DNA from: Bacteroidales bacterium
Lineage (GTDB): Bacteria > Bacteroidota > Bacteroidia > Bacteroidales > JAEINX01
NCBI GenBank assembly: GCA_016342645.1
Contig: JAEINX010000002.1
Location: 23,804 to 87,803, forward strand
DNA length: 64,000 bases
Direction: 5' to 3'
Program-made: the position numbers and the translations under genes
The notes under the pieces: model-generated
Seen by the model: the letters and a program-made list of their open reading frames with translations, nothing else
Told to the model about the DNA's origin: nothing
The model's database searches: none
Part shown: piece by piece, positions 16,733-26,735 of the stretch
Numbering within the stretch: position 1 is the first letter of the stretch
Layout: each line of letters begins with the position of its first letter

Positions 16733-19700
16733 TTATTGCATCACAATCTTCTTAATCGTATTATAATTACTTCCACTAATGTTGATAAAATAAACTCCCT
16801 TTTCAAGAAATGAAAGATCAATTTCTATTTTTGATTGATAATTGTTTATTTTTAATTGAAGAACGATCTTTCCGGCAATATTGGTAATTTCCAAATCTGT
16901 CAGATTTTTAAAACCTTCAAGGTTTCCGATAGTAATCATTCCTGTTGTCGGATTTGGATAAATTGAAATATCATTATTTTCATCACCGTCTGAAATATGT
17001 GTTGTTGAGAAATTCAATAAACTGTATTCTCCATCTTCCAAAGGAAAAACGTTTTCTGTCCATGCATCTCCGTAAGGATTTGAGAAAGTATAATCTTTTA
17101 AAATGTATTCTTTATTTTCGCTTTTATCCCATACTTTTATTCTCGGTATATTTCCGGTTTTATAAAGATTACTGAAAACAGGAATGGGATTTTCAAAAAT
17201 ATTTTTTGAAATTATAATTCCAGAACCTGCAAGTATTTCTCCATCAAAAACAGCTATTTCATCACCAACGTTCAAAATGCCTTTTTCAAAATAGATTGTC
17301 CAGACAGGTTCTTGGGGATTACCTCCATTTATGTCAAAATAAATAGGGGAATAAAAATTTTGATTAAAATGCTTACTATTTCCACAATCTTCAAATGATA
17401 AGTTTGAAGATGGTATAAATGTCTTTGTTATCTCATCCCTCAAACACCTCACAGAAAATCCATAATATTTACTTGCACTATTTCGATACACCTGTAGGTT
17501 GCTGTTTTCAAGCATTCTATACCAAAAGTATGAAGTCTTATAACTAACTATTGAAGTAGATCTAAAATATGTTCTTTCTCCAATCATAAGAAATTCTTCG
17601 GAATCGTAATCCTTATAACCTGATAATAATCCCTCAAATCCAGATGAACCACCTTGAAGCATTTTTACACCACAGTCGGTCCCCCTCCATCCGGTTAATT
17701 CAGGATCATTTATGCTTGTGTCAAGATAACTTTCCATTTCAAACCATTCGGCATCGGTAGGCAAATGCCATCCATCAGGACAAATCCCCTGCGTATTTGT
17801 AGAAAATTGCATCATTTCATCCCATTGATATAATCCACCGTATAATTCACAATTTGCAGGATCATTATCATAACAATACTTTTCAATTAAGCTGTTATTT
17901 GCTTGAATAATATTAGCATTTACCTTTATGCCGATATTTATATTTTCTGCAAACCAGCATTGGTTACCTATTTCCACGGTATTATATATTTGCTGGTCAC
18001 GAGTATCTATCAATGGTTGGCCACAAGCATGAATTGTCGAAAACACCAAAGTATCATCGAAATTCATTTTTATTAGATAACCTTCTTTGGGAAAACAACT
18101 ACCGATTCCATTAATCCAATTCGGGCCAATTTTATGCAAAATATATCCCTGTGAGTTTCTAATAAAATCAAGATTTTCACCGATAATTGATTGAAATGCA
18201 TCTAAAGCCTCAACAGGGCCAAAAGGCAGAAAGCTCACTAATTGATAGCCTTCAGTTAAAGAAATTGGGGTCTCAGGATCAGTATAAATTCCATCAATCG
18301 TAAATGAATCATCGTTATACATTTTAATAAGGTAAGCTTCTTCGATAATCCAATCACCAATACCGTTAACCCAAACATCCCCAATCTTTCTTAACATTTG
18401 CCCTTGAGTATTTCTTACAAAATCAAGATTATCATTTAGTATTTCAGACAAAATTATTGCCATATCAGAATCCATTTGCTCAAGATTTGATGAAATAAAC
18501 TGATAGCCCTCAGATAAATTATAGGGAAGAACTATTGTTGATAAGAAGTCTGTTTCTGCAATACTGTAATCATTTTCACCTATAGGAAATACGTCACCTG
18601 TATAAGCGTCTCCATAAGGATCAAGCAAATTAATATAGAAAAAATCAGTTTCGATATCTTCACTTGCATCCCAGCATTTAAATCTGTATGGATTTCCATG
18701 TTGATAACCTGATTGTGAATTTAAAGTACTATATGCAATTAAAGCATTTTCGAATGCATTTTCCATGGTAAGAACTTCATTTAACATAAATGCACCTACC
18801 ATTAAATCGCCATCAAAAATTGCAATTTCATCCAATGGTTGCAGGTTTATATAATCAAATTCTCCTTTAGCAAGATTTATTGTCCAAACCGGATCAGCAG
18901 GATTTCCACCTTCGAAAGTAAAATGCTGTAACGGTTCACCCACTATCATAATAATTGGGATAATTACTTCAGGATTTATCGGATCATTACTAAAAAGAAC
19001 TATATTAGCATAATAGATTCCTTCTTCCAAATTTTCGGCATTAAAATCAAGTGTTACTATTTCCGTTTGTCCCTGTTCCAGAATTCCTTCCAATGGATTA
19101 ACTGCTAACCAATTTTCGTTTTTGGAACTACTTATACTGTCAGTGTTTTCAAGATAAATAACTTCAATATTCCATAATAATGTATCACCGCCCACATTAT
19201 TAATATCAAGATAATCCTGTATGGTTCCATTTATCTCAAGTTTTTGAATAAAAGATGTTGGATTGGTTTCCAACATTATATAATTAAACCTTAATTCAAT
19301 CATACTATATTGTCCGTCTCCGGGAGGGAATACATTTTGGGTCCATGCACCACCGTATGGATCTGACATTATTATATTGAAATAATCACTTTCGACTTGC
19401 TCACTTTCATCCCATGCAATGAATGAATATGCATTGCCGGGAGTATAACCTGGTCCTGTATGCAGAATGCTAAATGCGGGAAGAGCGTTTTCAAACCAAT
19501 TTTCCGGTGTACAGACTTGAGAAAGTTCAATCCATCCAACTATAGTTTCCCCATCAAAAATTGCAATTTCATCATTTGCTTCAAGATCAATCGAAGACCA
19601 TGTTGCCCCTCCAATATAAATTGTCCATGTATCACAACATGCCCCACCCTCAAAGTTAAAATGGCCTGTTTTGTTTTCACCCCTCGGAGCTTCGGGAATA

Positions 19701-20095
19701 GGCTCCCAAAGTAAAGTAATTTCTTCGTGGCAGGGAATTGCCATTACCAGAATAGGCGCGATTTTTAAAAGAAGAATTTCAACATAAGTTATTGTGCCCG
19801 GAATAACAATAGTTATTTGATTTGATGGATAATAGCTATCTGCATACGCTGAAAGTTCGTAAATGCCGGGTTTAACACCAAGAAATCTAAAATACCCGAG
19901 CTCATCTGTAATGGTGGTGTATGTAAATTTATTCTCGTTCCTAATTCCATCTAAGGTTACTGTCGCATAAGCTATTGGCTCTGCACTTATTGAATCTCTG
20001 ACCTGCCCCTCAATTGCTCCCTTTGCTTGAGAAAAACTTAATATTGTTGATAATATAATGATTATCAATAATGATATTTTCTGAACATTTTTCAT
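16733..20095 (-). CDS. T9SS-secreted mosaic protein, paralog of 12150..16553 (CarboxypepD_reg-like N-domain, 3x 'PVWTI' cassette, 2x 'NGIG' cassette, FISUMP, Por CTD)
   Basis: 1120 aa with a signal peptide. The N-terminal GAIEGQVRD...ATVTLDG...TDELGYFRF..KPGIYEL is carboxypeptidase-regulatory-like. FISUMP signature: YNTVEIGNQCWFAENIN...YGGLYQW...GICPDGWHLPTDAEW...GFSVRCLRD. The last 192 aa are about 78% identical to those of the neighbouring gene. Confidence 0.85.
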   Translation of the reverse strand: MKNVQKISLLIIIILSTILSFSQAKGAIEGQVRDSISAEPIAYATVTLDGIRNENKFTYTTITDELGYFRFLGVKPGIYELSAYADSYYPSNQITIVIPGTITYVEILLLKIAPILVMAIPCHEEITLLWEPIPEAPRGENKTGHFNFEGGACCDTWTIYIGGATWSSIDLEANDEIAIFDGETIVGWIELSQVCTPENWFENALPAFSILHTGPGYTPGNAYSFIAWDESEQVESDYFNIIMSDPYGGAWTQNVFPPGDGQYSMIELRFNYIMLETNPTSFIQKLEINGTIQDYLDINNVGGDTLLWNIEVIYLENTDSISSSKNENWLAVNPLEGILEQGQTEIVTLDFNAENLEEGIYYANIVLFSNDPINPEVIIPIIMIVGEPLQHFTFEGGNPADPVWTINLAKGEFDYINLQPLDEIAIFDGDLMVGAFMLNEVLTMENAFENALIAYSTLNSQSGYQHGNPYRFKCWDASEDIETDFFYINLLDPYGDAYTGDVFPIGENDYSIAETDFLSTIVLPYNLSEGYQFISSNLEQMDSDMAIILSEILNDNLDFVRNTQGQMLRKIGDVWVNGIGDWIIEEAYLIKMYNDDSFTIDGIYTDPETPISLTEGYQLVSFLPFGPVEALDAFQSIIGENLDFIRNSQGYILHKIGPNWINGIGSCFPKEGYLIKMNFDDTLVFSTIHACGQPLIDTRDQQIYNTVEIGNQCWFAENINIGIKVNANIIQANNSLIEKYCYDNDPANCELYGGLYQWDEMMQFSTNTQGICPDGWHLPTDAEWFEMESYLDTSINDPELTGWRGTDCGVKMLQGGSSGFEGLLSGYKDYDSEEFLMIGERTYFRSTSIVSYKTSYFWYRMLENSNLQVYRNSASKYYGFSVRCLRDEITKTFIPSSNLSFEDCGNSKHFNQNFYSPIYFDINGGNPQEPVWTIYFEKGILNVGDEIAVFDGEILAGSGIIISKNIFENPIPVFSNLYKTGNIPRIKVWDKSENKEYILKDYTFSNPYGDAWTENVFPLEDGEYSLLNFSTTHISDGDENNDISIYPNPTTGMITIGNLEGFKNLTDLEITNIAGKIVLQLKINNYQSKIEIDLSFLEKGVYFINISGSNYNTIKKIVMQ

Positions 20096-20155
20096 GATTA
20101 AGTATTTTTTTGGTTTAACAAATTTTGATAATGGTTTTAAAAACTAAACTTGTCG

Positions 20156-20163
20156 CAAATATA
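20156..20163 (-). promoter_or_regulatory. -7 promoter box TATATTTG for 16733..20095
   Basis: The plus strand reads caaatata. It sits 61 nt upstream of the ATG at 20095. Confidence 0.4.
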
Positions 20164-20264
20164 CGACAATTATCATTATAAGTCAAGGATAACTTAGGAA
20201 CTGGAATGTTTTTGATGATAAGAGGTTGGAACTAACTATTTATGGGTTGCCAATAAACGCCAAT

Positions 20265-20861
20265 TTATTTACTTTCAATAACTCCGTATTCAAGCAGAAC
20301 ATTAACAATATCAAGAATTTCGGATGCATGCTCCTGATCAATTTCAGCTTTTTTCATTATTTCTGAAATGCTTTGAGTTTCTGCACTTGGAAATGGCAGA
20401 CAGTAAAGGAATTTTCCTTGTGAGGTCGTCAGGCTGATCTTGCGTTCTTTACGTTGTCGTCCCTCGCCAATCCATATTGCAACACTGCTAAAATACTGAT
20501 TGTTTCGGGCAATTGAGAATCGTGCTCCGGCATTTTTCTTTTCGCGTATTTTTCTTGCAAATCCGTTTAATGGTTGAGGGTTGTCGAATAAGGTTTCAAG
20601 GTCAATCTCCATTATTATTTTTTGTTTCTTTAAAGAATACCTGAAATATGGCCTTTTTTTCTCATAAACTTCTACCTTTTCTAAAATGTCTAATGAAGCC
20701 ATTGCTTCCATAAAATCCTGTACCGTTCTAATATGCATATTCAACCTCGAGGCGGCTTCAGAAGCCGAGATATTATGGTAAGTCGCCAATAATTTAAAAA
20801 GAGGCTCGGCGTAATCCTTTGATATATATGATCCTAATATTGCTGCTTTTTTAAAGTCCAT
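20265..20861 (-). CDS. Winged-helix (ArsR/MarR-like) DNA-binding protein with an uncharacterized C-terminal domain
   Basis: The first ATG (MDFKKAAILG...) is at 20861. The segment NISASEAASRLNMHIRTVQDFMEAMASLDILEKVEVYEKKRPYFRYSL reads as HTH plus wing. Confidence 0.5.
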   Translation of the reverse strand: MDFKKAAILGSYISKDYAEPLFKLLATYHNISASEAASRLNMHIRTVQDFMEAMASLDILEKVEVYEKKRPYFRYSLKKQKIIMEIDLETLFDNPQPLNGFARKIREKKNAGARFSIARNNQYFSSVAIWIGEGRQRKERKISLTTSQGKFLYCLPFPSAETQSISEIMKKAEIDQEHASEILDIVNVLLEYGVIESK

Positions 20862-21097
20862 TATTCTTTTATTAACCGCTAAGTACGCAAAAAGCCGCAA
20901 AAATGTTTTTGTGTTTCATTTCGCTTCGAAAACTTTAGGGATTGCATTTTATTATTTTTAATTATCAATCAAATTTTTATTCTTTGTTACCTCTGCGCCT
21001 TTGCATCTCTACGTTTATTAACTTGAACGCTGATTCGCAGAGATTTAATTTATTTCATCTTCATCTTATTCGTTTTTGGATATTGCATCTTTCTATG

Positions 21098-21922
21098 TTA
21101 ATTAAATATGCTTATTTTCAACGAATCCAATCTGTCAATTATCCTAACTCCTTCACCCTTAATAAATAACTCAAAAAATTCTTTAAACAAATTTCCCATT
21201 GATTCACAAAGTTGATCAAAGGAGAGAGTTTCTTTATAATCCAGATAATCTTTCTTGGAAATATGAACTGTTACGTTTCCATCGTAATCAAAAAGAATCC
21301 ATGATTTATCTTTATAATTAAAATTATTCGTATATAAAAATTTGAATTCATGTCCCATTTTGATTGGAACAAATGCAATTTGATTATTTTCATAAAATGG
21401 CAGAGCAATTTGATTGCTACGAATGAATGAAGCAAAATCAAATAAATCACGTCTTGAATATTTTATCTTAGCTGTTGGATAAGGCCTCTCGGTAAATCCA
21501 TTCGTAGCATCTTTTACCGACATCGCTGCCAATTCATATACTTCCCTGCCTTTCCATTTGACTTTTCGGGTAAGCATCAGATAAACAAGCCAAATTAACA
21601 AGCTAAACACAGCAAAAGTAAGGAATTTATTCAATGAAGTAAAATTTCTCTTGTCAATGCCTGAACTTGAAATAGGGGCAAAAAACAAAAAAAGAGTAAG
21701 TGATAAAAGGTAAATTGCGCTGACCAGATAAGTCAGGTTTCTGACCCGTGAGTAGGCTCTAAACTGAAACAATGAATAAACAGCAATCATAACAGCCAGC
21801 ACCCTAAAACCAACATAAAAACCCCAAAAAATATTTGAAATTATGAAAATGGCCAGGGTAATAATAGCCGGTAAAAGGCCTGTTATTGAATTATCGTTTC
21901 TTAAATTTCTTCTATGATACAT
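21098..21922 (-). CDS. Uncharacterized membrane protein, paralog 2 (4-5 TM N-half, about 150-aa soluble C-domain)
   Basis: 274 aa. Its C-domain aligns with that of 29400..30227 (FT.RPY...Y....L..F..F......IA.P.Y.N......FDY.G...VH.S..DY..YK..L.FDQLCESM..FK.F). I recognise no family. Confidence 0.7.
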   Translation of the reverse strand: MYHRRNLRNDNSITGLLPAIITLAIFIISNIFWGFYVGFRVLAVMIAVYSLFQFRAYSRVRNLTYLVSAIYLLSLTLFLFFAPISSSGIDKRNFTSLNKFLTFAVFSLLIWLVYLMLTRKVKWKGREVYELAAMSVKDATNGFTERPYPTAKIKYSRRDLFDFASFIRSNQIALPFYENNQIAFVPIKMGHEFKFLYTNNFNYKDKSWILFDYDGNVTVHISKKDYLDYKETLSFDQLCESMGNLFKEFFELFIKGEGVRIIDRLDSLKISIFN

Positions 21923-21981
21923 TTGATTATATTTTTATGATTATTATTTCTTGTTAAATTACCATTTTGTACCTTTCCGGA

Positions 21982-23253
21982 TTATAATATCTCTTGTGGT
22001 ATCATTTTAAAATTATGTATAACATTGCCACGTTTAATGATAAACTGTAATTCAAGAGTATCTTGATAAAATAGATTTTTTCTTTCAAAACTTGTGAATG
22101 ACGAAATTTCTAAACCATTAAGATGTGTAATTATATCCCCTGCTAATATTCCGGCCTTATGGGCTGAAGAATTTTCTATAACATTCTCAATTAGATATCC
22201 CTCACAAGTGTCTGACTTGAATAGTTTTCCGTAGAATCCTGTCATATTTGAAGAAAAATGTTCGCAAAAATGACTGTTTGGTCTGAGATATAACTTTTTG
22301 TTCGGAAAGTCAAATATTAAGTCAAACCTTTTCAAAACTTTAGTCCCAAGCAATCCGAGGATACCCCAAAAGGATAATGCACCCTTCTTATCAGTAGAAT
22401 AATTTAAAAGCGGTTTTTCAAGAGTAAAATTTGCCATTTTAAGATTTTCAGCCCTGAAATAATAAGAATGAGACTTGCCACCATATCCTGCATTTTTACG
22501 GGGAACAGAATATTTGTTTTTTATTATTTCATTAAATTTATATTCATTTGCAATTACGCTTGTAAATGTTAAAGCATGAGCACTTCCTAAATCTAATATA
22601 GTCCATCCTTCAATATATAATGAATCAATAATTAGTGCTCCGCAATTAATAATTGTTTTGTTTTCTGTAAGAAATAGTTTTAATGAGTCAAAACCGGCCG
22701 GAATTATAAATTCATTTGGTTTGATTATCTGAAGATAACTGCTGTCAAAATTGATTTTTAGAACCTTATTTTGAAAAAAATCTGCTCCAAGCACACCATC
22801 AATTTTCTTATTGCTTAACGCTCGGATATTTATAATCGGCACATTATTATAAATTTTTGTTAAAGAATCAAGTTCTAATTTTATGGTGTTAGAAATAGGA
22901 ACATTTGGTGTATCGCTACCCACCCCTCTTATCTTTTTCTTTTTTCTTTTATGTGTTGGAATATTGTTTTCAGCAACAAATAAACTATCAAGGTATAATT
23001 GGTCGGAGCCGGAGTCAAAAATAAAATTTCCATTTATTGAATCATTTACCTTTATATTAATAAATATCAAATCTTGAAAAAAGAAAGGAATTGAATTTTC
23101 AGGTAAGAGCATAACCGTTTCTATATTGGCTTGTTTGTTTTCTTCAATATTTGGAGAACAACCCCCAATATAGATCAGCAAAAAGAAACTCAATACAATG
23201 AATAAAATAACTGTGATGGGAAATAGCTTTAATTTTTGTTTTAGATTTTTCAT
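21982..23253 (-). CDS. Exported retropepsin-like aspartic protease with C-terminal PDZ domain (lipoprotein)
   Basis: Has a lipobox (YIGGCS). D-S/T-G type motifs are FIFDSGSDQLYLD and a second lobe TILDLGSAHALTF. The PDZ-like C-terminus is GYLIENVIENSSAHKAGILAGDIITHLNG. Confidence 0.6.
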   Translation of the reverse strand: MKNLKQKLKLFPITVILFIVLSFFLLIYIGGCSPNIEENKQANIETVMLLPENSIPFFFQDLIFINIKVNDSINGNFIFDSGSDQLYLDSLFVAENNIPTHKRKKKKIRGVGSDTPNVPISNTIKLELDSLTKIYNNVPIINIRALSNKKIDGVLGADFFQNKVLKINFDSSYLQIIKPNEFIIPAGFDSLKLFLTENKTIINCGALIIDSLYIEGWTILDLGSAHALTFTSVIANEYKFNEIIKNKYSVPRKNAGYGGKSHSYYFRAENLKMANFTLEKPLLNYSTDKKGALSFWGILGLLGTKVLKRFDLIFDFPNKKLYLRPNSHFCEHFSSNMTGFYGKLFKSDTCEGYLIENVIENSSAHKAGILAGDIITHLNGLEISSFTSFERKNLFYQDTLELQFIIKRGNVIHNFKMIPQEIL

Positions 23254-23283
23254 TTTTTCTTTGATTCATTTATTTATAAAAAA

Positions 23284-25023
23284 CTATAAATCGTTAAGCC
23301 GTTCAGGTTGCCTCAGATGATAGTCTGTTGAATCCTGAAACATTTTTGCTACCGCAAGAACTTTTTCTTCTTGATATGGTTTGCCTACGAAAGTTACACT
23401 TGTCGGCTGCCCGTTTAAGTGAAATCCACAAGGAACAACAACAATCGGGAGCCCTGTAACATTAGTACTCCAGTTAGTTGACCAAGTCATTTCAATATAC
23501 ACATCAACATCTTTCATTATCTCGTTCATTTTTTGGATCATTAAGCTTCGGTACCTGGCAGCCTGAAGATATTCAACAGCAGGGACAAAACGATGGACCC
23601 GATGATAATTTGGCCATTTCTGATCTTCAACCTCATCATCCATTTTTCCTCGTGTAAATTCATCAAAGGCGGTTGCAGCCTCAACCAACATCATAATTCC
23701 TTCTCCTTTATGGGGTAACTGAAAATCAAGGGGAACAAGATCGAAGCCCTTTTTTTTAATTAAATCAAACACATTTTTTATATAAGCACTGCGTGAATTA
23801 AACCATCTTTCCTGATCCTTATCTTGTGCGATACCTTTTTTCTCCTTTTCAAAATATGTGCTGTAATATCCAATTTTTAATTTCTTAACATCAAACTGTG
23901 AATTCCAATTAAAAGGTAAATCAATTACCGAATTATCAAATGAATCAGTACCTTGAATTTCATTAAAAACAATTGCACAATCTTCAACTGTTCGGGCAAT
24001 CGGTGTAACTTTGTCAAAACTCCAGCTAACCGGCATGCAGCCATATCTGCTAACGCGGCCAAAAGTAGGCCTTAAACCGGTAACACCACACACATCGACT
24101 GGTGAAACCATTGAACCGTTTGTTTCTGTTCCAATTGCAAAAGCAACACAACCGGCAGCCACTGCCGAAGCCGGGCCTGCTGAGGAACCGCCTGAAGATT
24201 TTAGCGTCCATGGACTTTTTGTCCGGCCCCCAAACCACTTTTCTCCTGATGCCAGTGTTCCTGTTGCAAGTTTAGCCACTAGAACCGCTCCGGCAGCTTC
24301 AAGTTTCTGTACAACTGTTGCATCAATATCGATTATTCTTTCTTCAAAAACTCTCGCACCCCATGTGGTTTTATACCCTTTAACTGAAAATAGATCTTTT
24401 ATTCCGTAAGGTATCCCATGTAGCAATCCTTTATAATTTCCTGTCTGTATTTCTTTATCAGCTTTTTTTGCTTGTTTAATAGCCAGATCATCAGTAAAGG
24501 TAACAACGAATTTGAGTTTGTTATTATATCTTTTAAGTCTTGATAAGTATAATTTTGTCAGTTCTAAGGATGTAACTTGCTGTGTTTTTAAAAGATTAGC
24601 CAATTGAAGTATGCAATAAAATGCCAGGTCTTCAATTTTCTGTGGTCTTTGAGTTTTTACTTCAGAGAAAACTATCGGTTTTTGTTCATGATCGTATATA
24701 AATCCCGGAGGCACGGGATTAAATACCATAGATGGAAATGAGTAGTAACCCAATTGTTGTTCCCTAAACTTTTTAAACGTCTCAACATTACTCTTAACCT
24801 TTTCCAGGATTTCTTTTCTTTCCCCATTACTCAATTTAATATCGGCAAGTTTTTCTGCAGCTTCGAGTGTTTCAATAGTAATACCATTATTTTCTTCAAT
24901 GGCTATGGTATTAGCACAACATGGTAGTAATGTGGATGATATACCTAAAACAGCTAAATGCTGAAGAAACATTCTTCTGTTATTTGTTGATCCTTTTAAA
25001 TTTGAGTTTGTATTATTCATCAT
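23284..25023 (-). CDS. Amidase-signature (AS) family amidase with twin-arginine (Tat) signal peptide
   Basis: Contains GGSSAGPASAVAAG and GIKDLF..KGY.TTWG motifs. The Tat motif is NNRRMFLQHLAVLG. The start is placed at the ATG ATG (25023). The track's longer ORF begins with TTG at 25068. Confidence 0.85.
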   Translation of the reverse strand: MMNNTNSNLKGSTNNRRMFLQHLAVLGISSTLLPCCANTIAIEENNGITIETLEAAEKLADIKLSNGERKEILEKVKSNVETFKKFREQQLGYYSFPSMVFNPVPPGFIYDHEQKPIVFSEVKTQRPQKIEDLAFYCILQLANLLKTQQVTSLELTKLYLSRLKRYNNKLKFVVTFTDDLAIKQAKKADKEIQTGNYKGLLHGIPYGIKDLFSVKGYKTTWGARVFEERIIDIDATVVQKLEAAGAVLVAKLATGTLASGEKWFGGRTKSPWTLKSSGGSSAGPASAVAAGCVAFAIGTETNGSMVSPVDVCGVTGLRPTFGRVSRYGCMPVSWSFDKVTPIARTVEDCAIVFNEIQGTDSFDNSVIDLPFNWNSQFDVKKLKIGYYSTYFEKEKKGIAQDKDQERWFNSRSAYIKNVFDLIKKKGFDLVPLDFQLPHKGEGIMMLVEAATAFDEFTRGKMDDEVEDQKWPNYHRVHRFVPAVEYLQAARYRSLMIQKMNEIMKDVDVYIEMTWSTNWSTNVTGLPIVVVPCGFHLNGQPTSVTFVGKPYQEEKVLAVAKMFQDSTDYHLRQPERLNDL

Positions 25024-25064
25024 TAGTTTAGTTTTGATAGATTTTTTCAAAGTTGAGTGTTTTA

Positions 25065-25385
25065 TCAATCATTTTTTGTTTTCTCACTATAAAAATTAAA
25101 TCCACATTTTGAACAATATTTAGTGTTGAAAATATCACCAAGTAAACCATTACATACCGGACAACGCCATACAAATGAAATAGCGATAATTACTCCAAAC
25201 ATAATTATGTAAACAAATGGTGCCCACACCCACTTTGAAACACCAAGCATATCCATTATCGGTAAGACAATCAAACCTATGGATAGAAGAAATACTAAAG
25301 AAAATCCAAAAAGGATTATACGTTTAGAACGGCGTTTCTTAAATTCTTCTCTGTATTTTGTGATTTGGTCTTCTGAATGTTCCAT
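25065..25385 (-). CDS. Small membrane protein with C-terminal zinc-ribbon (CPVC...CSKC)
   Basis: 106 aa with two predicted TM helices, then WRCPVCNGLLGDIFNTKYCSKCGF. It ends with a TGA stop and is tightly packed between neighbours. Confidence 0.55.
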   Translation of the reverse strand: MEHSEDQITKYREEFKKRRSKRIILFGFSLVFLLSIGLIVLPIMDMLGVSKWVWAPFVYIIMFGVIIAISFVWRCPVCNGLLGDIFNTKYCSKCGFNFYSEKTKND

Positions 25386-25394
25386 TTTTATATA

Positions 25395-26720
25395 TCATTT
25401 TTTGTAAATTTCTTCAATGTTTAGTGCCTGATCAAACATTCCTTTGTTATTGAGTTTATCTTTAAAAAACAACAGTTCACGTCTATTCAGATAATATTTG
25501 TCGGTTTGGTTCTCAGATATTTCTTTATGAAGTTTTTCTGCTTCATCAGGCCCTGAGTCAAGAAGAGTTTTAAAAATTGCATATGCTCCTGATTTTTTTG
25601 GTAAATCATATTCCTCACCATATATAACCGCAAGTATTCTTGACATCATATAGTTTGGCCATTTTATTACAATTTGTTTTTTATATTCCTTAGTATTTCG
25701 TAAGGCGACAATAAAAACAGTGTCTTTCTCAATTCTTTGTGTATGGCTTCCAAATCCATTTATGCTTCCATCTAAACTATTTGAGCGGATCTTTTTGAAA
25801 CCTTTTCCATAGGGGCAATTTTGATAATGCCATCCATATTTATTGAAAAATAATTCCTTCGACTTTTCATTAAGCAGCTTATTTGAATAAAGTGCCTGAT
25901 CAAATAAATATAGGTCATTAACAGTTGACAGAAGATGACCTGCTCCAAAAGCAAAGGACATATCAATGAAAGAGGCTAATTCAAAGCCGGTGAAGTAATT
26001 ATAGTTATATCCAAGGGCACGTTTCTCAATAGGTTGCGCATTAACATCGCTTAATGTATTTTTCATCCCTGCTGGGATACAAATTTTTTCCTGTAATAAT
26101 TCATTGTATGATTTTCCTGAAACTTTTTCTATTATCATTCCTAAAAGAGCGTATCCAAAGTTGCTGTATTCATTTCCCTTGCCAGGCTTAAAAACAATGT
26201 CCTTCTCTATAATGCAATTAAATAATTTTTCCCGCGAATAATATTCTTTTTCAATATCTATCAAATTTGGAATCCTTGATTCACCTGTAATACCTGCTGT
26301 ATGTGTAAGGAGATGATGTATAGTAATTCCTTCCCCTTTTTCTTTTGGAAATTCAGGCAAATAGTCCGTTAGTTTTCCATCAAGTTTCAGTTTTCCTTCC
26401 TCCACAAGTTGAAGGATAAGCATGACGGTAAATGGTTTTGTAAAAGAAGCAATTCTAAATTTTGTATCACATGTATTGAGTATGCTATCTTCAATGTTAG
26501 CAAAGCCAACAGCATCTTTATATATAATTTTCCCTTTATTTGATATTAAAACAGCACCGGAAAACTGTCCATAATCGTTCATCATATTTACTATTTGAGC
26601 AATTTCCTCTTCTGCATTATCAGGAAGTGAAAGAGTTGGATCAGAATATATTATACCACAACTTGTTAATATAGTGAATATTGGGAGAAATAAAAGAAAC
26701 AATATTTTTTTTGTTTTCAT
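25395..26720 (-). CDS. Exported serine hydrolase, beta-lactamase (class C/DD-peptidase) fold, lipoprotein
   Basis: Has a lipobox (ILTSCG), the S-x-x-K motif (ASFTK) and the Y-x-N motif (EYSNFGY). Confidence 0.8.
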   Translation of the reverse strand: MKTKKILFLLFLPIFTILTSCGIIYSDPTLSLPDNAEEEIAQIVNMMNDYGQFSGAVLISNKGKIIYKDAVGFANIEDSILNTCDTKFRIASFTKPFTVMLILQLVEEGKLKLDGKLTDYLPEFPKEKGEGITIHHLLTHTAGITGESRIPNLIDIEKEYYSREKLFNCIIEKDIVFKPGKGNEYSNFGYALLGMIIEKVSGKSYNELLQEKICIPAGMKNTLSDVNAQPIEKRALGYNYNYFTGFELASFIDMSFAFGAGHLLSTVNDLYLFDQALYSNKLLNEKSKELFFNKYGWHYQNCPYGKGFKKIRSNSLDGSINGFGSHTQRIEKDTVFIVALRNTKEYKKQIVIKWPNYMMSRILAVIYGEEYDLPKKSGAYAIFKTLLDSGPDEAEKLHKEISENQTDKYYLNRRELLFFKDKLNNKGMFDQALNIEEIYKK

Positions 26721-26735
26721 AGTTTTATACTTTTA

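Noticed and set aside
12150-20095. Diversity-generating retroelement (DGR) targeting the lectin-like FISUMP domains of the paralogous cargo genes
   Set aside because: No reverse transcriptase ORF exists anywhere in the window. There is no template/variable repeat pair with adenine-specific differences. The FISUMP domains are internal rather than C-terminal, and the two copies differ throughout at the protein level (ordinary divergence).
9257-24409. Numerous 60-130-aa ORFs nested inside or antisense to large genes (e.g. 9257..9577, 10150..10350, 11080..11421, 14725..15000, 15707..15979, 16127..16405, 19460..19714, 24011..24409)
   Set aside because: Each is fully contained in a much longer ORF that has clear domain homology. 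None has a recognisable motif or promoter box.
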